Shown: positions 1-8,957 of the stretch, in pieces
How the letters are laid out: the number at the start of each line of letters is the position of its first letter
How positions within the stretch are numbered: the stretch's first letter is position 1
NCBI GenBank assembly: GCA_051746405.1
Contig: JBNJFB010000016.1
Location: forward strand, 1 to 47,089
Length of the DNA stretch: 47,089 bases
Source of the DNA: Campylobacterota bacterium
GTDB lineage: Bacteria > Campylobacterota > Campylobacteria > Campylobacterales > Arcobacteraceae
Direction of reading: 5' to 3'
Notes under the pieces: generated by a model
Seen by the model: only the letters and a program-made list of their open reading frames with translations
The model's database searches: none
What the model was told of the DNA's origin: nothing
Program-made: the position numbers and the translations under genes

Positions 1-1
1 T

Positions 2-595
2 GAAGAGTTTTTTTATGTAAACTCAATAGCTCATACTTGTATCAACTTTTCAAACTCTAAAATATCTTTTATTTTTGATGAGATAGATAAAAATATTAAA
101 TGCTATGGATTAGATGTTGATGATAATATACTTCTATCAAAGCAAGAGTATGAGCTTATAGATAGTGAAGATAGGGTGAAACTATATGAATTTTTAAATC
201 ATGCTCAAGAGTTTTTAAATCACCTTGAAGTAAATCAAGATTTTGACAATATAAAAGAGTTTGAAAGTCTATACGAAGATAATCATATTCAATCTGCTAA
301 ATTTATTATAAACTTTAAAGAGAACAAATGGCAAGAGAAACTTCTATATAGTGATTCACACAATAATAATCCTCCAAGTACAGAAGCATATAGAGTTTGT
401 AAGGGCAATAAATGTTTTTATTTTTTTCAATTTACAGACTATTATGATTGTGAACTTATTGTAAAATATAATGATGATGTAAAAGATGAGGTTGAAGACT
501 TTTTTTATAAAGCAAAAGAGAATAGAAATATTTTATATACAGTATGGCTTATTATATTTTTATTAGCACTTATAAGTTTTGTCTTTTTTTATTAG
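2..595 (+). CDS. Hypothetical protein with C-terminal membrane anchor, 5'-truncated by the window edge
   Basis: Frame of ORF 176..595 is open back to position 2 (EEFFYVNSIAH...); ends in hydrophobic ILYTVWLIIFLLALISFVFFY. Confidence 0.7.
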   Translation, partial: EEFFYVNSIAHTCINFSNSKISFIFDEIDKNIKCYGLDVDDNILLSKQEYELIDSEDRVKLYEFLNHAQEFLNHLEVNQDFDNIKEFESLYEDNHIQSAKFIINFKENKWQEKLLYSDSHNNNPPSTEAYRVCKGNKCFYFFQFTDYYDCELIVKYNDDVKDEVEDFFYKAKENRNILYTVWLIIFLLALISFVFFY

Positions 596-599
596 ATTA

Positions 600-613
600 T
601 TGATTTGAATCAA
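600..613. promoter_or_regulatory. FNR/Crp-family binding site TTGAT-N4-ATCAA upstream of hemerythrin gene
   Basis: TTGAT TTGA ATCAA at 600-613 is a perfect FNR consensus; TG-A-GATAAT -10-like element at 633-641 places the box centre near -41.5. Confidence 0.75.
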
Positions 614-665
614 TGAAAATATATTTTTATTTTGAGATAATATATAAAAAATATAAAGGCAAAAA

Positions 666-1097
666 ATGCTTATTAAAAAACAGAATTTACCACTAGTAGC
701 AGAAGATTTTATGAATGATGTACATTTTGAAGATGTGGATATTATAAATGAGTTATATGAAAAAGTTTTAGCTTATGAAGATAAAACTATACAAAAAGAT
801 GAAGTTGTAAAAGCTTATGAAAAATGGTATGACCATACTGTAAATCATTTTAAAGGTGAGGAAGATAAGATGATAGAGATGAACTTCCCTCCATATACTA
901 TGCATAAAAGTGAGCATGAAAACTGTTTAGAACAGATGAGTGTAGTAATAGATAACTTCATAAAAGATGATGATGCTAGTGCATTAAAGAAATATCTTGA
1001 AGAGGATTTGATAAACTGGCTTTTAAATCATATCCAAACAATGGATACAGTAACTGCAATGTTTTTTAAAACAGGAAGAAGTCCTTGTCATAGTTAA
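666..1097 (+). CDS. Single-domain bacteriohemerythrin
   Basis: Di-iron ligand pattern H...HFKGEE...HKSEH...WLLNHIQTMD. Confidence 0.9.
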   Translation: MLIKKQNLPLVAEDFMNDVHFEDVDIINELYEKVLAYEDKTIQKDEVVKAYEKWYDHTVNHFKGEEDKMIEMNFPPYTMHKSEHENCLEQMSVVIDNFIKDDDASALKKYLEEDLINWLLNHIQTMDTVTAMFFKTGRSPCHS

Positions 1098-1098
1098 A

Positions 1099-1125
1099 AA
1101 AAGAGAAGTTTCTAACTCCTCTTTT
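1099..1125. terminator. Probable bidirectional intrinsic terminator between hemerythrin gene and doeA
   Basis: AAAAGAG-A-AGTT-TCT-AACT-C-CTCTTTT hairpin with A/T tails between convergent stops. Confidence 0.6.
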
Positions 1126-2302
1126 ATTTAATAAAAAGCTTACGTGGATGATTAGAAAAAGCTTCGGCTCCTTCATTTGTTACTAAAATACTCTCAGTAA
1201 TCTCCATGCCCCAATCATCTTGCCAAATGCCTGGCATAAAATGAAAAGTCATACCAGCTCTTAAAATAGTATCATCAGATGCTCTAATACTAAATGTTCT
1301 TTCACCCCAATCAGGTGGATAACTAACACCTACAGGATAGCCACATCTAGCTCCATGTCTGTCAATTCCATGTTTTAACATAACTTCATCTAATGCTTTT
1401 GCAATATCACTAGCTTTGTTTCCTGGTTTAGCTTGCTCTAATCCTGCATCAATAGCTTCTAGTAGTGCTTTTTCAGCATCTAAAAATTTTTGAGAGGGTT
1501 TACCCATGTAAACAGTTCTTGACATTGGTGCATGATATCTTTTATAGCATCCTGAAACCTCAAAAAAAGTTCCCTCATTTGCTTTAAAAGGCTTACTATC
1601 CCAAGTAATATGAGAAGCGGATGCTTCTTTACCTGATGGAAGTAGGGGAACTATTGATGGATAGTCACCTGCATATCCATCTACACCTGCAATTGCAGTT
1701 TCATAGATTTGTGATACAACAAAACTTTTAGGAATCCCAACTCTTGCCACATCAAGTATTCTTTCATGAATTTTTGTTGTTATTTTAGAAGCAATTCGCA
1801 TATACTCAATCTCTTTTTCAGATTTAATACATCTTGCCCAATTAACCAAGTTTTGACTATCAATAAACCTAGCTTTCCATAAAATTGACACAAGATTAAA
1901 GTGAGCATCTGCTGTATAGTAGTAGTTATCCATTTCAGTTGCTACTGTTGCTTCTTGCCAACCTTTTTTCATGAACACATTTCTTGCTAGCCAATCCATT
2001 GGATGTTTATTTAAGTTTTGTACATACTCTTCTGGGTATGCAATAAGCTTTTCATCTTTCATATAACATCTAAGAAGTGCAGCACTTCTATCCATAAATC
2101 GGCCAAACCAATAAGGTTCAGCCTCATCCACATGTACAATAACCCCTTGATGTACATAAAAAGACCAGCCATCATAGCCTGTAAGCCAGTTCATATTACC
2201 AGGATCTGTTACAAGTAAGACATCTATTCGTCTTTTTCTCATCTCCTTTTGGACTTTTTTAACTCTTTTTACATATTCTGCTTTAGAAAAAGCTAATTTC
2301 AT
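1124..2302 (-). CDS. doeA: Ectoine hydrolase DoeA/EutD (M24 peptidase fold)
   Basis: DPGNMNWLTGYDGWSFYVHQ, YPPDWGERT and TFHFMPGIW motifs typical of DoeA/EutD; start moved to ATG 2302 because of AAGGAG RBS at 2309-2314. Confidence 0.9.
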   Translation of the reverse strand: MKLAFSKAEYVKRVKKVQKEMRKRRIDVLLVTDPGNMNWLTGYDGWSFYVHQGVIVHVDEAEPYWFGRFMDRSAALLRCYMKDEKLIAYPEEYVQNLNKHPMDWLARNVFMKKGWQEATVATEMDNYYYTADAHFNLVSILWKARFIDSQNLVNWARCIKSEKEIEYMRIASKITTKIHERILDVARVGIPKSFVVSQIYETAIAGVDGYAGDYPSIVPLLPSGKEASASHITWDSKPFKANEGTFFEVSGCYKRYHAPMSRTVYMGKPSQKFLDAEKALLEAIDAGLEQAKPGNKASDIAKALDEVMLKHGIDRHGARCGYPVGVSYPPDWGERTFSIRASDDTILRAGMTFHFMPGIWQDDWGMEITESILVTNEGAEAFSNHPRKLFIK

Positions 2303-2323
2303 TTCGCACTCCTTCAAGCATGA

Positions 2324-3721
2324 CTATTGTTTAACAGGACCTATCCAAACTTGTTGTGTATTCACAAACATTTTTATTCCATGTGGTCCTAACTCTCTAC
2401 CTAATCCAGATTTTTTAACTCCACCACTTGGAAGTCTTGGATCTGATTTTACAATTCCATTTATTGATACTTGACCTGTGATAATCTTACTAGCTAATTT
2501 TTTAGCATTTTGGATATCACCTGTCCAAATAGAACCACCTAACCCATATTCAGTATCATTTGCTATTTTTATTGCTTCATTTTCATCTTTTGCTTTTATA
2601 ACTGCTGCAATTGGTCCAAATGTCTCTTGACAAGATACAACCATGCCAGGTTGTACATCTGCAAGAAGTGTAACAGGGAAAAAGAAACCTTGCCCCTCTT
2701 GTCTATCTCCACCAAGAATTAGTCTAGCACCTGCTGCAACTGATTTATCAACTTGAGCATGCATCTCATTTACTAGCTCTTCTCTTGCAATTGGTCCAAT
2801 TACAGTAGACTCATCTTTTGGGTCACCAAGTTTTAGTTTTTCAAATCTAACTTTTAATAACTCAATGAATTTTTCATAAATAGGCTCTTCTACAATAATT
2901 CTTTTTGCAGCAATACAAGATTGACCTGCATTAATGTATCTTGAAAGTACAATTGTATCAGCAGCTTTTTCTAAATCATCTGCATCTTTTAAAACAATAG
3001 CTGGGTCACTTCCACCTAGTTCTAAAACTACAGGTTTGATTTCACTTCCTGCAATACCGCCAACAGAAGCTCCTGCTTTTGATGAACCTGTAAGAGAAAC
3101 ACCTTTTACTATAGGGTTTCTAATAATTGCTTCTAAGCTAGCATGACCAACTACTAAATTTTGAATAACATTTTTAGGAAAACCTGCTTTTTGGAATGCT
3201 TCAACAATTCTAATTGCACATAAAGGTGTATGGGAATCATGCTTCATTACACAAGTATTTCCTGACATTAGTGCAGGTGCAAGATATCTAAATGCCAACC
3301 AAAAAGGTGCATTCCATGGTAATATACCAAGGGTTACACCAAGTGGTAGATGCTGTACATAACTCTCTGTTGCATCTGATGGTAGATGTTGGGTTTGTAG
3401 ATACTCCTCTCCAAACTGGGCATAATGTTCAGCAGCCCAAGCTGCTTTATTTACTTCACCTCTAGCTTCATTGATTGGTTTTCCCATCTCTTCTGTCATA
3501 GGTATTGCATAATAATCAAGATTGTCTTTCATCTCCTTAGCAACAGCATTTAAAAGGTCAGCTCTTTGCTCATAAGTTGTATCTATCCATTGATTATCAT
3601 ATGCTTTTTGAGAGTTTTCTAATATCTCTCTAGCTTCTTGTGTTGTATGCATAGGAATCTCATATACAGTCTCTTGTGTATATGGATTTATTGATTTAAA
3701 GTGTGTTGTGCTGTATCCCAT
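2324..3721 (-). CDS. NAD(P)-dependent aldehyde dehydrogenase, SSADH-like; probable aspartate-semialdehyde oxidation step (DoeC role)
   Basis: ILPWNAP, LTGS, LELGGSDP, NAGQSC (catalytic Cys), ETFGP; ATG 3721 follows AAGGAG RBS; role inferred from context. Confidence 0.85.
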   Translation of the reverse strand: MGYSTTHFKSINPYTQETVYEIPMHTTQEAREILENSQKAYDNQWIDTTYEQRADLLNAVAKEMKDNLDYYAIPMTEEMGKPINEARGEVNKAAWAAEHYAQFGEEYLQTQHLPSDATESYVQHLPLGVTLGILPWNAPFWLAFRYLAPALMSGNTCVMKHDSHTPLCAIRIVEAFQKAGFPKNVIQNLVVGHASLEAIIRNPIVKGVSLTGSSKAGASVGGIAGSEIKPVVLELGGSDPAIVLKDADDLEKAADTIVLSRYINAGQSCIAAKRIIVEEPIYEKFIELLKVRFEKLKLGDPKDESTVIGPIAREELVNEMHAQVDKSVAAGARLILGGDRQEGQGFFFPVTLLADVQPGMVVSCQETFGPIAAVIKAKDENEAIKIANDTEYGLGGSIWTGDIQNAKKLASKIITGQVSINGIVKSDPRLPSGGVKKSGLGRELGPHGIKMFVNTQQVWIGPVKQ

Positions 3722-3731
3722 AGTTATCTCC

Positions 3732-4976
3732 TTATGATAAAACCGCATTAACTGCGTTTGTGAATCTTTCTAAACCTTTATTTAACTCTTCATCTGTGAT
3801 TGTTAATGGAGGAATAAACTTAAGAATTTCTCCTGTTGAACAAGCACCAATAATAAGACCATTTTCATAAGTTTTTGCTGTAATTTCTTTAACAGTTGCA
3901 GCACTATCAAACTCAATTGCTAGCATAAGTCCCTTTTGTCTTACATCTTTAACTTGTGAATATTTAGAGTTTAATTCATCTAAAACTTTTCTAATCTCAT
4001 CACCTTTTCGTTTAGTTTCAACATTGAAATTTTCATCTTGGAAATATTCAAGTCCAATTTTACCTGCAACAAATGAGAAACCTTGACCTCTAAATGTACC
4101 TGTGTGTTGACCTGGTTTCCACTCTTTATCAAGCTCTGGTTTATTAACTAACATTCCAATAGGAGTACCAAATCCACCTAATCCTTTTGCTAAAATAATA
4201 ATATCTGGATCAACATCTAAATCATCAAAACTGAAGTAACTTCCACATCTTCCACTTCCACATTGAATACTGTCTAATATGAAGATTGCACCTGTATCAT
4301 TTGCAAGTTTTTGTACACCTTGTAGCCACTCTTTAGTTGCAACTCTAACTCCACCTTCTGCTTGAACAGGTTCTACTAAAAATGCAGCAGGTGGTAACAT
4401 ACCTGAACCTAAATCAAACATTTTTTGTCTTAAGTTTTCAAGTGCATCCATATCATTAAAAGTATCTCTAATAACATTAGTTAAAGGTACTCCTGAACTA
4501 CTTCTAAAAGCATTATTAGCAGTACAAGCAAGTGCTCCTAAAGTCATACCATGAAACCCTCTATTAAAGGCAACTATTTCAGTTCTACCTGTAACTTTTC
4601 TAGCAAGTTTTAGTGCAGCTTCAACTGCATTTGTTCCAGTTGGACCTGTAAATTGTAGTTTTCTATTTTCCCAACCTCTTGGTTTTAAAACTGTATTTAC
4701 AAATGTTTGAATAAAATCTCTCTTTACATCTGTAAACATATCAAGTGAGTGTGCCACACCATCTCTTTGGATAAACTCCACTAATGCATCTTTCATTTTT
4801 GGATTATTGTGTCCAAAGTTTAAAACTCCAGCTCCACCAAAAAAGTCAATATACTCTTTATCGTTTTCATCTATCATAGTTGCATTTGATGATGCTTTAA
4901 ATACAGCTGGAACTGCTCTACAATATGCTCTAATTTCTGATTCGTATGTTTCAAATATTTCTGTTGAATTTGTCAT
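3732..4976 (-). CDS. EctB-like diaminobutyrate aminotransferase (class III PLP), probably catabolic (DoeD role)
   Basis: ESEIRAYCR, DFFGGAGVLNFGHN, GPTGTNAVEAALK, FHGMTLG, ILAKGLGG (PLP Lys), HTGTFRG. Confidence 0.88.
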   Translation of the reverse strand: MTNSTEIFETYESEIRAYCRAVPAVFKASSNATMIDENDKEYIDFFGGAGVLNFGHNNPKMKDALVEFIQRDGVAHSLDMFTDVKRDFIQTFVNTVLKPRGWENRKLQFTGPTGTNAVEAALKLARKVTGRTEIVAFNRGFHGMTLGALACTANNAFRSSSGVPLTNVIRDTFNDMDALENLRQKMFDLGSGMLPPAAFLVEPVQAEGGVRVATKEWLQGVQKLANDTGAIFILDSIQCGSGRCGSYFSFDDLDVDPDIIILAKGLGGFGTPIGMLVNKPELDKEWKPGQHTGTFRGQGFSFVAGKIGLEYFQDENFNVETKRKGDEIRKVLDELNSKYSQVKDVRQKGLMLAIEFDSAATVKEITAKTYENGLIIGACSTGEILKFIPPLTITDEELNKGLERFTNAVNAVLS

Positions 4977-5009
4977 GTTTAACTCCTATAATTTAAATAA
5001 AATAATTTT

Positions 5010-6173
5010 TTAAAATTCACATTTTAAGTTTGCAAGTTTTGAAAAAACTTTACAAACAGGCTCTATAAGCTCATCATTAAAGTCATAATATGCATTATGA
5101 CAAGGCTTAGAGTGTTTCTCTTCACCATCATTACTTCCAATAAGTGCAAAGGCACCTGGTGTTTTTAGTAAATAGTAACTAAAGTCTTCAGATGCCATAA
5201 TTGGTGTTGCAATGTCACTTTTATAGTTATCACCTAAAGTCTCTTTCAACTTTTGTCGCATGTTAGCAGCTGCAGTTTCATGATTTATAGTAGGTGAGTA
5301 TCTATTTCTAAACTCCACATCTGCTTCAACGCCATAAGCTTTTGCTGTACTTTGAGAAATCTCAATTATTGACTTTGCAACTTCATCTCTTGTTTGTAAA
5401 TCAGGTATTCTAATACTTCCTTCAATCTTTGCAGCTTGAGGAATTGTTGTTAATCCACTTCTTGCATCTATTGAAGTTACTGATACAACTCCTGCTTTTT
5501 GAGGAGCTACTCTTCTACTTATAATCTGTTGTAAAGCCATAGTTATAGCACTTGCTGCTAAGACAGGGTCTTTTGATATTTCAGGTTGAGAAGAGTGTCC
5601 TCCTACTCCTTTAATATCAATATGAAATGTTCCATTACCTGCCATTACTACACCATCTGGGCAAACTGCTTGTCTAAACTCTATAGCAGGCCAGTTGTGC
5701 CAACCATATATGAAATCAACGCCGTCTAAAGCACCTTCTTCAACCATCTTTTTAGCTCCATGCCCTCCCTCTTCAGCAGGCTGGAATATTAATGATACAG
5801 GTCCTGGTAGCTTATCTTCATTTTGCTTTAACCAAATACTAGCTGCTATTAATGTAGCAGTATGACCATCATGACCACATGCGTGCATACAACTAATTTT
5901 TTTAGAGCTATATGGTAAATTTGTTTTTTCTTCAATCTCTAAAGCATCAATATCACCTCTTAGGGCAATATGTTCACCTTTTGCATTAGGTGCAAGGGTG
6001 GCAACTGTACCTGTAGAGGCATACTCTTTGTAGGGGATATAGTGTGACTTAAGTACAGCTCTTATTGCTTTAGCTGTATCAACTTCTTGCCAAGTTAGTT
6101 CAGGGTTACTATGAAGTTCTTTTCTAAACTCTTTGGCAAATTTTATAATCTCTGAAAAATTTAATTTTTTCAT
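5010..6173 (-). CDS. M20 amidohydrolase, probable N-acetyl-diaminobutyrate deacetylase
   Basis: LHSNPEL, RGDIDAL, MHACGHDGH, FQPAEEGG, SEDF motifs; substrate inferred from position next to doeA and the DABA transaminase. Confidence 0.8.
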   Translation of the reverse strand: MKKLNFSEIIKFAKEFRKELHSNPELTWQEVDTAKAIRAVLKSHYIPYKEYASTGTVATLAPNAKGEHIALRGDIDALEIEEKTNLPYSSKKISCMHACGHDGHTATLIAASIWLKQNEDKLPGPVSLIFQPAEEGGHGAKKMVEEGALDGVDFIYGWHNWPAIEFRQAVCPDGVVMAGNGTFHIDIKGVGGHSSQPEISKDPVLAASAITMALQQIISRRVAPQKAGVVSVTSIDARSGLTTIPQAAKIEGSIRIPDLQTRDEVAKSIIEISQSTAKAYGVEADVEFRNRYSPTINHETAAANMRQKLKETLGDNYKSDIATPIMASEDFSYYLLKTPGAFALIGSNDGEEKHSKPCHNAYYDFNDELIEPVCKVFSKLANLKCEF

Positions 6174-6203
6174 TTTGCATCCTTATAGATACTAGAATGG
6201 AAG

Positions 6204-6251
6204 ATTGTATCATAAAATTTTTTCATTTACAATAATTTTTTTCATAAAAAA
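6204..6251 (-). promoter_or_regulatory. Sigma70-type promoter for the catabolic operon (TTGTAA-17-TACAAT with extended TG)
   Basis: Minus-strand TTGTAA (6227-6232), 17-nt spacer, TACAAT (6204-6209); near-copy upstream of teaA. Confidence 0.65.
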
Positions 6252-6263
6252 ATAAAAAAATAA

Positions 6264-7298
6264 TCAGTCCACATCCATAATTTCACACAAATCATTATCC
6301 TTTAACATTGGGTCTGTACAATTAACCATAATATCAGATTTTGCAAGTATATAACTTTTACCTGTTATACTATTTTTTACTACATTTGTACCATTTTTAT
6401 TCTTAATATCAATTATTTCACCTACAAACCTCGTATCTCTAAGTGATATAGTCTCTAACTTATCACCTTTTTTTAATTTGTTTTCATGATTTAGTAAAGC
6501 TAATCTTGCAGATGTCCCTGTACCTGTTGTACTTCTACATATTACACCTGGATGTACATATGTTGTTGATTTTGAAATATAGTGATTATCACTTCTTCTT
6601 TCAAGCTCTCCCATGAAGTGTAAAAATGGAATCTCTCCTACAAATCCTAAATCATAATGCTCATATCTTTTCTTTTTATTTATCTCTTCTACAATTAAGC
6701 TAGCATAGCTTGCTAGGTTAGTTTCCTCTTGTCTTACTAAATCAAAACCTAACTCTTTTGCATTAACTAGTATATAAAAACCACCACTATAGGCTATGGA
6801 GTATTCAATCTGTTTAAATCCAGGAATATTAATTTTTTGTTTATAATCAATAATATAGCTTGGTAATCCCTCACAAGTAATTGACTCTACAATGCTGTTT
6901 TTTATAATAGCTTTTATATCAACTAAACCTGCTGGAGATTCAAGCTTAAAATGATTTACTCCCTCATTCTTTTCTACAATCCCACTTTCTAAAACTGCAG
7001 TTGCGGTACATATTGTGTTTGAACCTGAGTAGATAGGATAGCCCATTACTTCCATAATTATATAGCCTGCAACAGCCTCATTTGTTGTTGATGGAACTAT
7101 TAAATCAACTGACATCTCTGGAATACCATAAGGCTCAAAAAGTAGTAGCTTTCTAAGCCCATCTCCGTACTTTTTGATATACTCCATCTTTTCTCTTACA
7201 CTATTACCTTTTAGGTCTTTTATTCCATCAACTACAATTCTACTTATATCTCCACCGGCATGGGTATCAATGATTTTTATTTTATAATTATCTTGCAT
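6264..7298 (-). CDS. Proline racemase superfamily protein with Ser/Thr active-site pair (dehydratase type)
   Basis: IDTHAGGDISRIV, LRKLLLFEP, PIYSGSNTIC (MCGH position), YSGGFY, CRSTTGTGTSARLA (DRSPCGTG position), ITGKSY. Confidence 0.88.
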   Translation of the reverse strand: MQDNYKIKIIDTHAGGDISRIVVDGIKDLKGNSVREKMEYIKKYGDGLRKLLLFEPYGIPEMSVDLIVPSTTNEAVAGYIIMEVMGYPIYSGSNTICTATAVLESGIVEKNEGVNHFKLESPAGLVDIKAIIKNSIVESITCEGLPSYIIDYKQKINIPGFKQIEYSIAYSGGFYILVNAKELGFDLVRQEETNLASYASLIVEEINKKKRYEHYDLGFVGEIPFLHFMGELERRSDNHYISKSTTYVHPGVICRSTTGTGTSARLALLNHENKLKKGDKLETISLRDTRFVGEIIDIKNKNGTNVVKNSITGKSYILAKSDIMVNCTDPMLKDNDLCEIMDVD

Positions 7299-7307
7299 TT
7301 TATTCTC

Positions 7308-8441
7308 CTATGAGTAAGGTTTTCCGTGTTCTTCCCATTTTGAGTCAGGTACTACAACAATTTTTCCTAAAAAATTACTATCTCTTGATACAAAGTACTC
7401 TTCTGCTTTGTGTAGTTGTGATAGTTTAAATGTTTTGTGTAGTATGGGTTTTAGTTTTCCTTCTTTTATATACTGTATTAACTCTTTTGCTTCATTTCTA
7501 TTTCCATGGGATACACCAAAAATTTGGACTTGGTATAGATATATTTTAGTCCATAATATTTCAGATATATTTCCTGCACTAGCTCCTGCTATTGAAAGTC
7601 TTGGATATGTACTTCGTTTATTCATATCATAAATCATAGTATCAATAAATTTATTAGTATATTCTCCTCCTAGTAAATCAACTACAGCATCAATATTTTC
7701 ATAATTTAACTCTTTTAAAATTGTATTAACTAAGTTCTTGTCTTTTCTATCAAATACTTTTTTTGCACCTAGTTTTAAAAGTGGCTCTTCTTTACCTTTT
7801 GAACTTAATGCATAAGGTATTGCACCTTTTATCAAACATAGTTGAATTAAGGCTGTTCCAACACCACCACTTGCACCTGTAATTAAAATTTTTTCATCTT
7901 TTTTTATATTCAGAACGTTTAATAAATGTAAAGCAGTTTGATACGAACACATACCCATTGAAGCTAACTGGGCATCACTTAATTGCTCATTTGGAATATG
8001 ATAAAACTGATTACTTGGCACTGCTACATATTGGGCAAACCCACCATTTGCACCATGTCCATAATAATCAGGAGTTAAGTTTATATTTTCATCATCTGTT
8101 GCATAGATGTTAAAATCAAGTAGTCCTCTTTGTCCAATTCTATCTTTAGATATATTACTTGCAACATCAACAATTCTACCAACAATATCAGCACCTTGTA
8201 TTCTAGGAAATGTAAGTGTATTTTCACCACCCATTGCAAAAGAGGTTACATCATCTTTACTTTTTGTAGGATATAGACCTTCTCTTGCTTTTCTATCTGT
8301 ATTGTTTTTGGCAGTTGCTGTAACCTCTACTAAAACTTCACCATTTTTAAGCTTTGGTACATCCACTTCATGGTTGTAGACTAGTTTATCTATTCCACCA
8401 TGTGCAACAAGCTCCATAGCTTTCATCTTTTTTGGTATCAT
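7308..8441 (-). CDS. Zinc-independent medium-chain dehydrogenase/reductase (quinone oxidoreductase-like)
   Basis: KNNTD and IQGADIVG replace the zinc ligands C and GHE; GGFAQY; nucleotide-binding ITGASGGVG; FLGKIVV. Confidence 0.85.
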   Translation of the reverse strand: MIPKKMKAMELVAHGGIDKLVYNHEVDVPKLKNGEVLVEVTATAKNNTDRKAREGLYPTKSKDDVTSFAMGGENTLTFPRIQGADIVGRIVDVASNISKDRIGQRGLLDFNIYATDDENINLTPDYYGHGANGGFAQYVAVPSNQFYHIPNEQLSDAQLASMGMCSYQTALHLLNVLNIKKDEKILITGASGGVGTALIQLCLIKGAIPYALSSKGKEEPLLKLGAKKVFDRKDKNLVNTILKELNYENIDAVVDLLGGEYTNKFIDTMIYDMNKRSTYPRLSIAGASAGNISEILWTKIYLYQVQIFGVSHGNRNEAKELIQYIKEGKLKPILHKTFKLSQLHKAEEYFVSRDSNFLGKIVVVPDSKWEEHGKPYS

Positions 8442-8507
8442 AAGTAATACTCCTTATTTTGAAGTTTTTGATTAAGGGTTGAGTATAACTTTTAAAAAAT
8501 TAAATAT

Positions 8508-8948
8508 CTATATAACTAAAACAGGACACTTTGCAAGTCCTGTAACTTTATGGGAAACTCCACCTAGTAAGTACCCTGAAAGCTCCCCTTGTCCTTTTGA
8601 ACCTATGATGATTAAGTCTATTTTATGTGCTTTTGAAAATTTTAGTATCTCTTTTGCAGCAGCACCCATCTTCACAAAGCCTCTAATCTTTGTAAAACCT
8701 TTCTCTTGTAAGATAGTTTTTCCTTCACTAACAATCTCTTTTGAATGAGTTCTTAATATATCCTCAAGGTTTTCAGGGGATGAGTTACCTTTACTCATTG
8801 ATAATGAGCCCTCCATAAAACCGTAGTGTTTAAAAACAGACAATAAAAAAATCTCAGCATCATACTTTTTTGCTATATCATATGCTGCTTCTAATGCTTC
8901 AAATGACATATCTGAACCATCAAGTGGAATTAATATTTTTGTAAACAT
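8508..8948 (-). CDS. teaD: Universal stress protein, TeaD-like
   Basis: KILIPLDGS, DLIIIGSKG, LLGGVSHKV..AKCPVLVI; directly downstream of the TRAP large permease as in teaABCD. Confidence 0.85.
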   Translation of the reverse strand: MFTKILIPLDGSDMSFEALEAAYDIAKKYDAEIFLLSVFKHYGFMEGSLSMSKGNSSPENLEDILRTHSKEIVSEGKTILQEKGFTKIRGFVKMGAAAKEILKFSKAHKIDLIIIGSKGQGELSGYLLGGVSHKVTGLAKCPVLVI

Positions 8949-8957
8949 TTGCTCTCC

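Noticed and set aside
3732..4976. Ectoine biosynthesis operon
   Set aside because: No ectA or ectC nearby; neighbours are catabolic and uptake genes
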